64,000 nt of DNA from an uncultured Clostridia bacterium (GTDB lineage Bacteria > Bacillota > Clostridia > Oscillospirales > UBA644). The notes under the pieces are model-generated. The model did not search any database. It was not told where the DNA came from and worked only from the letters and a program-made list of their open reading frames with translations. The stretch covers positions 5,622-69,621 of the forward strand of contig CAOJUB010000008.1 of assembly GCA_948443805.1 (NCBI GenBank). Direction: 5' to 3'. Each line of letters opens with the position of its first letter. The stretch's first letter is position 1. Both the position numbers and the translations under genes were made by a program. Shown in pieces: positions 1 to 9,886 of the stretch.

Positions 1-98
1 GCTTCGGTCGGAAGCGGAATTGTCCATCGTCCTCCCAAACCAAGTATAAGGGAGAGACAAAGAAGAACACTGAGTGTTCTTGTCAACAATCTTTTCAT
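1..98 (-). CDS. N-terminus of a secreted or surface protein, running off the window edge
   Basis: Not in the ORF track. ATG at 98 with AGGAGG RBS (105-110) reads MKRLLTRTLSVLLCLSLILGLGGRWTIPLPTEA..., a typical signal peptide. Confidence 0.7.
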   Translation of the reverse strand, partial: MKRLLTRTLSVLLCLSLILGLGGRWTIPLPTE

Positions 99-176
99 AC
101 TATTCCTCCTTTTTAGAAATGATTGTTGTAGTTCCCTACCGGATAATAATCATGAAAGTTGTAATTATCCATAAAC

Positions 177-205
177 ATTATATCACAAGGGTTTTTGTCT
201 GTCAA
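177..205 (-). promoter_or_regulatory. SigA-type promoter for the edge gene
   Basis: TTGACA (205-200), 17 bp spacer, TATAAT (182-177). Confidence 0.75.
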
Positions 206-532
206 TAAAAACCACATTTTTTTTCGATAATTTCGGACATAAAAATTAAAAAAGATATGCATAAACAATTTTTTTTATCTATAATATACAAATATTCGAC
301 GTTTCTTTTGTGACAAAACAAAAACATCGAAGAATTTCGCTCGAAAAACCATTTCTTATAATAATACATTTCCGGAATTCCCTTTTTACGGCATTCAAAT
401 CCCTTTATTCCGTCATAAAGCAGATAAAAAATCGAATTTTTTCGCAGATAAAACACAGAAAAGACAAATAAAATCAGCTTCAAAAAAAGGGCCTCCGACA
501 AAAGCGGAGACTCTTTCGATAAAAGAAACTGT

Positions 533-2674
533 TTATTTGAAATAAGAAATGTCCCATTTGGCAAGATGCCGGGCCAGAAGAACGCTATCGGTGGTATTCA
601 CCGTTTTGTTGCCGTCGATATCGGCCGCTTTCTCATGAATCTCAACATGCCATTTAGCAAGCCATCTGGCAAGAACAACCCGGTCGGAAATGTCAACCTT
701 TCCGTCATTATTGACATCGCCGAGCCGGAACGTCTCGACCGGAAGATACTGCCAATCGGCATTCAGAAGAAGATCGTTTCCATTCTCCACCGTTACCGAT
801 TCCCAATCGGCCTGCGTTCCGCCGTACTGAACCGAGGCCAGCGAAGAACAATAATCAAAGGCGTTTTCTTTCACGGCCGTCAGAGAAGAAGGGAGAATCA
901 GGTTTTCAAGCGCGGAACAATGAGAAAAAGCAAAAGCTTCAATCGAAACACCCGGACAGCGGATCAGCGTTTTTTTATCTTTGGTAAACAGCGCACCGTC
1001 TACTGAAACGTAATTCGGGTTTTCCTCCGCCACTTCAATCGCCGTCAGGACATTGCTGGAATGGCAGAAATCCCCCTCAATCTGAGTCACACTGGCGGGA
1101 ATGCGGATCACAGACAGAATCGGACAGCCGCAAAAAGCCTCAGCTGCAATGGAAGTCACCGCAACGCCGTTGATCGAATCCGGAATATTCGCCTCGGTTA
1201 CCCTTTCCGTACACAGGAGGATCGTTCCCGTTGCCGAATCAAAATATAAATTTCCGCCGGTTACTTCGTAAGCCTCGTAAAACCGGGCTGCCAAAAGAAG
1301 CTCGTTAAAAGAAGGAACAATCGATATCTGATCCCACTCTTCTCTGCTTCCGCTGTAGACAACTTCCGATAAATGATCACAGCCGCAAAAAGCCCCTTCG
1401 CCAATCGACTGAACGCTTTTGGGGATTTCCACATGAGCCAGATTCCTGTAAGAGTAAAGCGCCCAGTCGCCAATTTCCGTCACGGTGCCGGGAAACACAA
1501 AAGTCGAAGCTTCTCTTGCAGCAGGACAGTAAAGGAGTTTTGTTTTTCCGGCGGTATATAAAACACCGTCTTCGGAAACAAAAGCCGTATTCTTTTCATT
1601 CACATTGATTTCTTTCAGGGAATCGCAGCGGTCAAATACATGCTGGCCGATCGAGGTAACCGATTCCGGAATCGAAAGGCTTTCCAGCGCAGTACAATCG
1701 GAAAACGCCCATTTCGAAATCGTCGTTACATTCCCGGCAAGTTGCACATCGGTCAGAGAAGAACAACCCAAAAACAGCCCTTCCGGTAAGATTTCCAACG
1801 CTTCCGGAAGAACGGCCAGCGTCAGAGATTTACAGTAAGAAAAGGCGTAATCACCGATTGTCTGCACAGAATTGGGAACAGCAACAGCCCGCAGGGACGT
1901 ACACTCGGTAAACGCCATACGGCCAATTTCTGTCAGCTCGGAAGGAAGGGCAATCCGCTGCAGAAGCGAACAGCCGGCAAAGGCCTCGCTACCGATCGAA
2001 GTCACGCTGTTCGGCAGCGTAATCGACACAAGGGAAGAACAACCGTTAAAAGCAAAGTTTTGAATGGTTTTCACCCTATCGCCAAAAACAACTCTTGTTA
2101 TCAATTTACAATTATCAAACGCGCTTTCCATAACAGTGGTGACAAATACCGAAGCCGTATATTCACCTCTCTTGCCTTCCGGACAGCAATACAATGTTTT
2201 TTTATCCCGGCTTAATAAAACGCCGTGATCGGAAGCGAAACTGGTGTTATTTTTATCAACCAGAATCTCTGTCAGAGACGTACACCCGGAAAAGGCCAGC
2301 CCGCCGACATACCGCGCCCGTCTGGGAATGGTGACCGTCGTCAGCGAAGAACAGCCCATAAATGCGCAGTCTCCGATAGAAGTAACGGCGCTCGGCATGG
2401 ATACCCGGGTCAGCAGAGAGCAGTTTTCAAACGCCCAGTCACCGATTTCAACAACCGCAACCGATTCAATCTGATCCGGGATGTCCGCCTCGGTCACACT
2501 TTCATCGCAGCCTGTTACAACTCCGGTTTCCGGATCGAAATAAATATTTCCGCCCGTCACGGCATACGCTATCCCGTCCCCGACCGCAGCCGTCAGAGAA
2601 ACAGCCGGAAGAAAACCGAATGTCAGCGCGATCACAAGAAACAAAGAAAACAAACTTTTTATTTTGCGTTGCAT
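533..2674 (-). CDS. Secreted BspA-type leucine-rich-repeat (LRR_5) surface protein with C-terminal type I dockerin
   Basis: Start reassigned to MQRKIKSLFSLFLVIALTFGFLPAVSLTAA (signal peptide, GAAAGGA RBS). Many 'IPxSVTSIGxxAFxGCxxL' repeats. C-terminal duplicated Ca-binding loops GDVNNDGKVDISD...ADIDGNKTVNTTD. Confidence 0.9.
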   Translation of the reverse strand: MQRKIKSLFSLFLVIALTFGFLPAVSLTAAVGDGIAYAVTGGNIYFDPETGVVTGCDESVTEADIPDQIESVAVVEIGDWAFENCSLLTRVSMPSAVTSIGDCAFMGCSSLTTVTIPRRARYVGGLAFSGCTSLTEILVDKNNTSFASDHGVLLSRDKKTLYCCPEGKRGEYTASVFVTTVMESAFDNCKLITRVVFGDRVKTIQNFAFNGCSSLVSITLPNSVTSIGSEAFAGCSLLQRIALPSELTEIGRMAFTECTSLRAVAVPNSVQTIGDYAFSYCKSLTLAVLPEALEILPEGLFLGCSSLTDVQLAGNVTTISKWAFSDCTALESLSIPESVTSIGQHVFDRCDSLKEINVNEKNTAFVSEDGVLYTAGKTKLLYCPAAREASTFVFPGTVTEIGDWALYSYRNLAHVEIPKSVQSIGEGAFCGCDHLSEVVYSGSREEWDQISIVPSFNELLLAARFYEAYEVTGGNLYFDSATGTILLCTERVTEANIPDSINGVAVTSIAAEAFCGCPILSVIRIPASVTQIEGDFCHSSNVLTAIEVAEENPNYVSVDGALFTKDKKTLIRCPGVSIEAFAFSHCSALENLILPSSLTAVKENAFDYCSSLASVQYGGTQADWESVTVENGNDLLLNADWQYLPVETFRLGDVNNDGKVDISDRVVLARWLAKWHVEIHEKAADIDGNKTVNTTDSVLLARHLAKWDISYFK

Positions 2675-3224
2675 ATCAATAATCCTTTCCTTTTCGACAA
2701 TTTTTTCTATTCTATCATAAAAACAACCGTTGTCAATACCATTCGGCATGAGAAAAAATCCCAGCCCTTCACCAAAGCATCTCCATGATAATCGCCACCG
2801 AAACGCTGTTTTTTTTCGGCCGAATGCTTCCGGTATTCCCGTCCCGGTCTTATCTTCCCTTGCCTTGTCAGGCAAACGGCCGGACAATCCGAATCAAACA
2901 GTGGGCCTTCCTTTTTATATCTTCTTCATTTTACCGAAAAACACGCCGCTTGTCCACAACCGTTCCGATTTATCCGCCCCCCCTGCCTGAAGCAGATTTT
3001 TTTCTATGAATTATCCGGATCTTACAGAAAACCTTTCTGTTATCCATATAAAAATCCGGAAAATTTCTATGCTTTTCATTCAGAACGCCCCTATTTCTAA
3101 AAAACCGTTTTCAGAAACCCCGCAAACAAAAAACAGTCTGGCAGCACCAAACCGAAATTTCGGTCTGTCGCACAGAAAAAAGGCCCTTCAGAAAATGAAA
3201 TTTTTGTGTTTTCCTGCGGCAGAC

Positions 3225-3253
3225 TTGACAAATTGCCGGAAATATAGTAAAAT
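3225..3253 (+). promoter_or_regulatory. SigA promoter of tRNA-Leu
   Basis: TTGACA, 17 bp, TAAAAT, 10 bp upstream of the tRNA. Confidence 0.75.
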
Positions 3254-3263
3254 AAGAAAACAT

Positions 3264-3347
3264 GCGGGTATGGCGGAACTGGCAGACGCGCCAGACTTAG
3301 GATCTGGTGTCTAGTACGTGGGGGTTCAAGTCCCTTTACCCGCACCA
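3264..3347 (+). tRNA. tRNA-Leu (anticodon TAG)
   Basis: GCGGGTA/TACCCGC acceptor stem, CCAGA-CTTAGGA-TCTGG anticodon arm, long variable arm, GGTTCAAGTCC T-loop, encoded CCA. Confidence 0.97.
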
Positions 3348-3514
3348 AACAGTACAAATCCGAACCTTTTCCTCGTTGGAGATGGGTTCGGATTTGCTAT
3401 ATCAATAGAACATCCTAATTTTAATAATCAGAAAAATTTAGCAAGATATTGAATTATACTGATATTTATGCTATAATGATATTAATCAAATGTGTTTATT
3501 ATAGGAGCAATGTT

Positions 3515-3709
3515 ATGGCTATTTTTTCTGATTGGGAATACTCTAATCGTTATACTGCTGGGCAAACAGCGGTTAGCAACGGCGAATGGAGAATTGCATT
3601 TGATTGCTTTAAGGACTGTAAATCTTATCTCGAAAGAACGCAGCCATGGAATGATGATGAGATTGGCAAGTTAGAAACACTAATCGAGCGTTGTAATAGT
3701 ATGTTTTAA
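3515..3709 (+). CDS. Small orphan protein (64 aa), low GC
   Basis: AGGAG RBS then ATG at 3515. Own promoter TTGAAT-17-TATAAT (3449-3477). Reads MAIFSDWEYSNRYTAGQTAVSNGEWRIAFDCFKDC... Confidence 0.6.
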   Translation: MAIFSDWEYSNRYTAGQTAVSNGEWRIAFDCFKDCKSYLERTQPWNDDEIGKLETLIERCNSMF

Positions 3710-3959
3710 GCACAACAAGGCAGGGATTTCACTCCCTGCTTTGTTTGCATTTTCATCCGATTTATCGGCTCTTTGCGCCTTTGCTTTGGTTTGTTTCTCC
3801 TTCCACTCCCATATTCCTTTCTGCCTTCTTCGCTTTCGAAAAAGGCAGGAATATTGGGTAAGAAACACCTTTCTATCGTTTCCAGTTCATGTTTCGGTAT
3901 ATTCCATTTGTTCGCTACCATAAGGCAACACGGCGTTTATTTTGATTATTGTCGGTCAT
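3706..3959 (-). pseudogene. Frameshifted small mobile-element protein (..IPKHELETIERCFLPNIPAFFESEEGRKEY/EWKEKQ..)
   Basis: AGGAGG plus ATG at 3959 gives MTDNNQNKRRVAL. A shift gives VANKWNIPKHEL...GRKEY, and a second shift gives EWKEKQTKAK. It resembles small genes found beside recombinases in clostridial elements (recalled, not searched). Confidence 0.5.
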
Positions 3960-3966
3960 CCCTCCT

Positions 3967-4125
3967 TTACATTTTCATTTCATAGCCACCGTCTTGACTC
4001 TACTCATCTTGTTTCTTTTTCTTCTGACCGTGTTTCCGCTCACGGACATATTTAGGCTTCGGCTTGTCATTGTCCGTACCTCCGATCAGTGCAAGATCAG
4101 CTGCAAGATACAGACCATCGATGTC
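3967..4125 (-). pseudogene. C-terminal fragment, possibly of a relaxase/mobilization protein
   Basis: Reads DGLYLAADLALIGGTDNDKPKPKYVRERKHGQKKKKQDE*SQDGGYEMKM*, with an in-frame stop and no start. A basic tail ending in xMxM resembles clostridial relaxase termini. Confidence 0.35.
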
Positions 4126-4506
4126 CCTTTTTTGAAAAACCCGATTTTAGCAGTTTTTTTGCCGTTTCAGGCGATATTTTCCGAAAATCATTTCATAGAT
4201 GTAAAACAGGAATCCGCAACCATATTATTATTTTATTCTTTGTCTTTGGGTAACGGCAGATAAACGTTTGCTCCTCGACAGAACGAAATGGAACGAAGGA
4301 AACAGATAAACCAGCGAAAAATAAACAGTTGATTCTCAAAAGATTTTATGTTATACTATAAAATAATATATCGTTTTTCCGCCCTTTTTTCCCTGCCCAA
4401 AGAAAGGCCTTTTTATAACTGTTTTGAACACCTCTTCTTTACCCTGCAAACACCGTACAGAACCCGGCTGAAGATATTAAAAAAATTATGGAAAGGACAA
4501 AACCAT

Positions 4507-4884
4507 ATGAAAAAAATCCAGACAGAAAAAGCGCCCGCGGCCATAGGGCCGTATTCTCAGGCAATCATTGCCGGAAACGTGTTGTACACGTCCGGTCAGA
4601 TTCCGCTTGACCCGGAAACGGGACGCCTCTGCGGCGAAACCATCGAAGCCCAGACCGAACAGGTGCTCAAAAACCTCGATGCGATCCTCCGTGCAGCCGG
4701 TTCAGGACCGGAAAAAACGGTAAAAACCACCTGTTTTCTGAAAAACATCAACGATTTTGCCGCCTTTAACGAAATCTACGGGAAATACTTCACGAACAAA
4801 CCGGCCAGAAGCTGTGTGGAAGTATCCGCCCTTCCGAAAAACGCGCTGGTTGAAATGGAAGCAGTCGCCCTGCTTTCCGAATAA
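4507..4884 (+). CDS. ridA: RidA/YjgF family enamine/imine deaminase
   Basis: APAAIGPYSQA, LYTSGQIP, KPARSCVEVSALPK motifs. Start at MKKIQTEK. Confidence 0.92.
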   Translation: MKKIQTEKAPAAIGPYSQAIIAGNVLYTSGQIPLDPETGRLCGETIEAQTEQVLKNLDAILRAAGSGPEKTVKTTCFLKNINDFAAFNEIYGKYFTNKPARSCVEVSALPKNALVEMEAVALLSE

Positions 4885-4905
4885 AAAAAAACGGGGACGT
4901 CAACC

Positions 4906-6195
4906 ATGAACCGGACGATATTTCATGTCGATATTAACAGCGCGTTTCTCTCCTGGGAAGCCGCAAAACGGGTAGCCGAAGGGCAGGAAGACCTCCGGCT
5001 TGTTCCCTCTGCGGTCGGCGGTGACCGGAATAAGAGAACCGGCGTGATTCTGGCAAAATCCATCCCGGCAAAAAAATACGGCGTAAAAACCGGAGAAGCC
5101 GTGGCGACAGCGCTGAAAAAATGTCCGGAACTGATTCTCGTCAAACCGGATTTCCGGCTTTACGAAAAATCTTCCCGGGCGTTTATGGAACTCTGCCGCC
5201 GCTATACCCCGGTCGTTGAAAAATATTCGATCGACGAATGTTTTCTTGATATGACGGGAACAGAAAATCTATATCAAAATCTGCACACAACCGCAGAAGA
5301 AATTAAAAACACCATCCGTGAGAAACTGGGGTTTACCGCCAATATCGGAATCGGGCCGAACAAACTGCTGGCAAAGATGGCGAGCGATTTTGAAAAACCG
5401 GATAAGGTTCATACCCTGGCAGAAGAAGAAATTCCGGAGAAACTCTGGCCGCTTCCGGTCGGCGCGCTGTTTACCGTCGGGAAAGCCACCGCCGAAAAAT
5501 TAACCAACGCCCGGATCGAAAGCATCGGAGACCTCGCCCATGCCAACCTGAAAACCATCCAGCAAATGCTGGGCGCAAAACCCGGCTGGCAGCTCTGGCA
5601 CTACGCCAACGGCCAAGACCCTTCGCCGGTTCTTTCTGAACCCGAAGAAAGCAAGGGCTACAGCATTTCTACCACACTAGAAAAAGACGTAACGACAATC
5701 AGCCAGGCCAACACCATTCTGCTCTCCCTTTCCGACAGCGTTTCCGCCCGTATGCGGGCGGACGGCGCAAAGACCTGCTGTATCGGCGTTGCCATGCGAA
5801 CCAACGATTTTAAAAATAAATCGCACCAGAAAAAACTGATTCAGCCAACCGACAGCACCGAAGAAATCTATAAAACGGCAAAAGAGCTCTTTTCCGAACT
5901 TTGGGTCAGGCGGCAGCCGCTGCGGCTGATCGGTATTTCCCTGACCGATATTCTGCGGGACGAAGGTGAACAGATATCACTTTTCCGCGATGAAAAAAAA
6001 GAAAAATCCCGAAAAATCGACCAGGCTGTCGACAATATCCGCAGCCGCTTCGGAACGGCAACCATCAGCCGGGGATCTATTCTGAACAGCCCCAATCAGG
6101 TGGGAAAAAAATATCAGGCACAGATGGAAACACAGCAGAATGAAAAACAGGCCGGATCAACCAAAGACAACCCCTACGCCCCCGATCAGGAATGA
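4906..6195 (+). CDS. dinB: DNA polymerase IV (Y family)
   Basis: IFHVDINSAF, YSIDECFLD, KLLAKMASDFEKPD motifs. Confidence 0.93.
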   Translation: MNRTIFHVDINSAFLSWEAAKRVAEGQEDLRLVPSAVGGDRNKRTGVILAKSIPAKKYGVKTGEAVATALKKCPELILVKPDFRLYEKSSRAFMELCRRYTPVVEKYSIDECFLDMTGTENLYQNLHTTAEEIKNTIREKLGFTANIGIGPNKLLAKMASDFEKPDKVHTLAEEEIPEKLWPLPVGALFTVGKATAEKLTNARIESIGDLAHANLKTIQQMLGAKPGWQLWHYANGQDPSPVLSEPEESKGYSISTTLEKDVTTISQANTILLSLSDSVSARMRADGAKTCCIGVAMRTNDFKNKSHQKKLIQPTDSTEEIYKTAKELFSELWVRRQPLRLIGISLTDILRDEGEQISLFRDEKKEKSRKIDQAVDNIRSRFGTATISRGSILNSPNQVGKKYQAQMETQQNEKQAGSTKDNPYAPDQE

Positions 6196-6713
6196 GAAAA
6201 AGCGCTGGAAATCCCGGTTTTCTCCCATTGCAGCAGCCAGCGTTTTTTATCCAGTCCGCCCGCATAGCCTGTCAGACTGCCGTCCGCCCCGATCACCCGA
6301 TGGCAGGGAATTATCAGAGAAATCGGATTATGTCCCACCGCGCCGCCGACGGCCTGCGCAGAAAGCCTTTCCCGCCCCAACAGGGCGGCCGCCTTTTGAG
6401 CTACGGCGCCGTAGGTTACAGTTTCGCCATATGGAATTTCACAAAGACAGCGCCAAACAGTCCGGCGGAAAAGACTACCGGAAGGACAGAGCGGCAAATC
6501 AGAAGGCTGCGGTTTTTCCCCGGAAAAATAACGGTCGAGCCACAAAATCGTCTGTAAAAAAACCGGAAGATCCGCCTTCAAAACCGGCGGTTCGGAAAGC
6601 GTACCGCAAAAATACCGCTGCCCCTCCAGCCAAAGACCGACAAGGTTTTCCCCATCGCTTGCCGCAGTTATACCGCCGAGAGGCGACCGATAAACAGGGG
6701 AACAAAAAATCAT
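6186..6713 (-). CDS. ogt: Methylated-DNA-[protein]-cysteine S-methyltransferase
   Basis: IPYGETVTYG, AVGGAVGHNP, IIPCHRVIG active-site motif. Confidence 0.93.
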   Translation of the reverse strand: MIFCSPVYRSPLGGITAASDGENLVGLWLEGQRYFCGTLSEPPVLKADLPVFLQTILWLDRYFSGEKPQPSDLPLCPSGSLFRRTVWRCLCEIPYGETVTYGAVAQKAAALLGRERLSAQAVGGAVGHNPISLIIPCHRVIGADGSLTGYAGGLDKKRWLLQWEKTGISSAFSHS

Positions 6714-6795
6714 TGTTCTTACCGCCTTTCTTTCTGAAAAATAAAAATCAAAACGCCGGGCAGCTGATCCAGAAAAAACCGCCCGGCGTTTTTTA

Positions 6796-7167
6796 TTATT
6801 CTTTTTTTTCCGTAAAATACTTCTTCAGCGCGGAAAAACTTTCCTCACTGATCACATGTTCAATCCGGCAGGCGTCCTCCAGCGCATTCTGACGGTCTAC
6901 TCCCAAAGAAATCAGAAGATCGGAAATAAACGTATGACGTTCATACATTCTTTCGGCGATCGCCGCCCCTTCGGTCGTCAGCGACAGTAGCCCGTCTTCG
7001 GTCATTTTTACATACCCGTTCTCCCGAAGATTCCGCATGGCAATACTCACGCTCGGCTTTGAATAGCCCAGTTCCCGGGCAATATCAACCGAACGGACGC
7101 TTCCGTTTCTCCGTTTCAGAATCAGAATCGTTTCCAGATAATTTTCAGCCGATTCCAATATTTTCAT
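6796..7167 (-). CDS. DtxR/MntR family metal-dependent transcriptional regulator
   Basis: ESAENYLETIL, VRSVDIARELGYSKPSVS, EDACRIEHVIS. Confidence 0.9.
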   Translation of the reverse strand: MKILESAENYLETILILKRRNGSVRSVDIARELGYSKPSVSIAMRNLRENGYVKMTEDGLLSLTTEGAAIAERMYERHTFISDLLISLGVDRQNALEDACRIEHVISEESFSALKKYFTEKKE

Positions 7168-7228
7168 GACCGTCTCCATTCTGCCGCCGAACGGCATTCA
7201 TCCTTGATAAAAGTAACGTGCTTTCAGC

Positions 7229-8842
7229 TTATCCCAACCGATGCAGGGGCTTTTTCCCCATCCGGAACGCCAATCCGCCGGCAAGCCCGGAAAAAAGAAG
7301 GAACAGCAATATATACACCAGATTGATCGCAAATTCCGAAAGGAATAAAACCAAACCGGTACAAGCAAATACCGGCAGCATGGTGACAACCGAAGTAATC
7401 ATCACCGGCGGACTTTGTTTGACAATCTGGGTTTCGTTCGTCCAGTCAAACTTCAAAAAATGGCTGTTCAGCCACAGCCCGAAATAGGCGGAGAAAAAAG
7501 AAAAAGAAAGAGGAACCAGCAAAAACATCAGCGACAGAACCCAACCGGGACGAAAAGCCAGACAAAGCAAAACCGAACTGACCGCCGCCGCAGGAAGCGT
7601 TGTCGTCAGACAAACCAAAACCTTGCTGAAATAAATCGCCGAAGGCGTTACCGGAAGCGTCTGCAAAATCCAGAAGTTCTTTCCTTCCAGAGAAAGCGAT
7701 ACCGCCGTCGTCGGCGCCATCCCGATAAAAAAGCACATCAGAATCGGCACGGCCTGCGCAAAGTTCAGGGGCAGACCGGTAAATACCGAATCCAGCGCAT
7801 GACGGATCCCTTCCCTGCCGACGGCCAGCGCCGCGACCGAAGCGATTACCAGAAAAAGGCTGCCGGTAAGCGTATTCACAACATAAGAAACCGAAGAAAA
7901 ATAGCGTTTTCTTTCTCTCCGGTATAATGCCCAAACCGGCGCCGAAGCAGTGATTGCTTCCCTTTTGAATCCTTTTTTGCGGAACGGCAAATGGATGGCG
8001 TCGACAAACCGAAGATAATTCCGGAACAAAAACAGGCAGACCAAAACAGCCAAAGCAATCGAAACACCGACAAAAAGCAAAACAGATGAAACAGACCCCG
8101 AAAAAACAGCACGATAGTTCTCGAAAAACCAGTTTCTGCCCAGAACCGAATCGATCACCTCCTGAAAAAACAACGCCGCCGCTTCGGCGCTTCCATCGGT
8201 CATCCGGTTAAGAAACGTAAAATTAGCAGGGTTGTACAACAAACAGAGAAACCCGGCAAGCAGCGCGAGGAGCAAAACGATAGAAACCGCCTTGACAAAA
8301 CGAAAACGGCTGGCGATGTAAGCAATCAGAACGCCGAAAAGAACCGCAAGGAAAAACGGAACAACCGGCAAAAAGAAAAAACCGACAAAAAACGCGCCGT
8401 AAAAACCGACCGGCGGAGAAGCGACCAGCGCATAGACAATCAGCGCCGGAAGAAAAAGAACGGTGTGAAACGGCAGTTCAAACAGATACAACACCGATAA
8501 TCTCGCCAGAATAAAATCCCGGCTCCGGATCGGCATGGCGGAAAGCATAGCGGTGTCCTTCGCGCCGTATAAAAAAGAAGGGCTCTTGAAAAGCACCGTC
8601 AGAAACGTCAGAAAAAAAGAAACCAGTCCGCAAAGGGGAAAAATGAACAGACCCCGATCCATAACGGCAAACAAAAACGAAAAAACGGCGATATAGAAGG
8701 CGATCATTCCGCCGAGAAAAAGATACAAAACCATCATGCCGACAGCTTTCAGTATGCTTTTGGAATCTTTTGTCCGAAAAGAGTTCAGCGAAAAAATCTC
8801 AATCAAATAAATTTTAATCAGGCGGAAAACATCAGCGTTCAT
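7229..8842 (-). CDS. ABC-2 type transporter permease (multi-TM)
   Basis: 537 aa, highly hydrophobic. Overlaps and follows the ATPase. Contains SLEGKNFWILQTLP. Confidence 0.85.
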   Translation of the reverse strand: MNADVFRLIKIYLIEIFSLNSFRTKDSKSILKAVGMMVLYLFLGGMIAFYIAVFSFLFAVMDRGLFIFPLCGLVSFFLTFLTVLFKSPSFLYGAKDTAMLSAMPIRSRDFILARLSVLYLFELPFHTVLFLPALIVYALVASPPVGFYGAFFVGFFFLPVVPFFLAVLFGVLIAYIASRFRFVKAVSIVLLLALLAGFLCLLYNPANFTFLNRMTDGSAEAAALFFQEVIDSVLGRNWFFENYRAVFSGSVSSVLLFVGVSIALAVLVCLFLFRNYLRFVDAIHLPFRKKGFKREAITASAPVWALYRRERKRYFSSVSYVVNTLTGSLFLVIASVAALAVGREGIRHALDSVFTGLPLNFAQAVPILMCFFIGMAPTTAVSLSLEGKNFWILQTLPVTPSAIYFSKVLVCLTTTLPAAAVSSVLLCLAFRPGWVLSLMFLLVPLSFSFFSAYFGLWLNSHFLKFDWTNETQIVKQSPPVMITSVVTMLPVFACTGLVLFLSEFAINLVYILLFLLFSGLAGGLAFRMGKKPLHRLG

Positions 8843-9554
8843 TGCCGGTAACCTCCAGAAAAACGTCTTCCAGATCGGCGTTCCGGGTCAATTCTTCGGT
8901 TGCGCCGCAGGCAACAAGCCTGCCCTGCTTGATGATCGCGATTTTATTGCACAGTTTCTGCGCGACCTCCAAAACATGGGTTGAAAAAAATATCGCGCCG
9001 CCGGCGTCGCACATACGGTGCATCATTGCCTTCAAATCCATCGCCGCTTTCGGATCAAGCCCGACGAACGGTTCATCAAGAACCAGCAGTTTCGGCTGAT
9101 GAAGCAAGGCGGAAATCAGCGCCAGTTTTTGCTTCATCCCGTGCGAATAAGAAGAAATCAGGTTGCCAAGGTTTCCGGTCATTTCAAAAATTCCGGCATA
9201 CTGTTCTATCCGCTCGGTTTTCTCCGTCCGGGAAACGCCGTAAACATCCCCGATAAAATTCAGGAACTGTATTCCGGTAAGGAATTCATATAAATCAGGA
9301 TTATCCGGTAAAAAAGCCAGCTTTTTCTTGCAGGCAACCGCATCCTGCCGAACCGAAACACCGTCGATCAAAATATCACCCTCGGAAAAATCAAGAATCC
9401 CGGCAGCGGCTTTCAGCGTGGTGGTTTTTCCTGCCCCGTTGTGGCCGATGAAACCAAAAATATCGCCGCTCTCAATGGATAACGAAAGACCGTCCACCGC
9501 ACGCTTTCCGTTTTTATAGGTTTTAGAAAAATTCTGAATTTCCAGTACCGGCAT
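8832..9554 (-). CDS. ABC transporter ATP-binding protein
   Basis: GHNGAGKTT Walker A, YSHGMKQK signature, LDEPFVGLD Walker B. Promoter TTGACA-17-TATACT at 9632-9604. Confidence 0.93.
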   Translation of the reverse strand: MPVLEIQNFSKTYKNGKRAVDGLSLSIESGDIFGFIGHNGAGKTTTLKAAAGILDFSEGDILIDGVSVRQDAVACKKKLAFLPDNPDLYEFLTGIQFLNFIGDVYGVSRTEKTERIEQYAGIFEMTGNLGNLISSYSHGMKQKLALISALLHQPKLLVLDEPFVGLDPKAAMDLKAMMHRMCDAGGAIFFSTHVLEVAQKLCNKIAIIKQGRLVACGATEELTRNADLEDVFLEVTGNER

Positions 9555-9746
9555 ATCCGAAACCTCCGTTTCTTCAGCATATAGCTGCTGCAACTTTATG
9601 AACAGTATAACATAAAAAGAAGATTTTGTCAAGATAAATCCAACGAAAACGGAAAACAGTCAAGAGGAAAAGTTAACGGATATTTCACAAAAAGGGGCTT
9701 GCTTTTCCCCTCTATTTGTGATAAAATATATCCGTTGGCAAATTAT

Positions 9747-9823
9747 GCGTTGTTAGCTCAGCTGGATAGAGTGACTGGCTACGAACCAGTAGGTCAGGGG
9801 TTCGAGTCCCTTACAACGCGCCA
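9747..9823 (+). tRNA. tRNA-Arg (anticodon ACG)
   Basis: GCGTTGT/ACAACGC acceptor stem, ACTGG-CTACGAA-CCAGT anticodon arm, GGTTCGAGTCC, CCA end. Confidence 0.97.
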
Positions 9824-9849
9824 AAATCCCCGATTTTATCGGGGATTTT
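9824..9849 (+). terminator. Hairpin terminator after tRNA-Arg
   Basis: AAAATCCCCGAT-TTT-ATCGGGGATTTT. Confidence 0.75.
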
Positions 9850-9886
9850 GTTTTATCTGAAAATTTTGACGAAAGAAGAGAAGTGC

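Larger units (their letters stand above)
3348..4125. mobile_element. Decayed integrative/mobilizable element relic at tRNA-Leu
   Basis: AT-rich patch directly 3' of the tRNA. It contains a 12-bp inverted repeat (3355-3366/3385-3396), an orphan ORF, a frameshifted small gene and an interrupted, start-less C-terminal fragment. Confidence 0.55.

Noticed and set aside
62-81. AAGAACAC-TGA-GTGTTCTT palindrome resembling the arms of the N/P leader
   Set aside because: It lies inside a signal-peptide coding region, has different spacing and lacks the second hairpin. Probably chance.
202-564. 120-aa minus-strand ORF
   Set aside because: Low-complexity AT-rich intergenic DNA overlapping a promoter, with no RBS.
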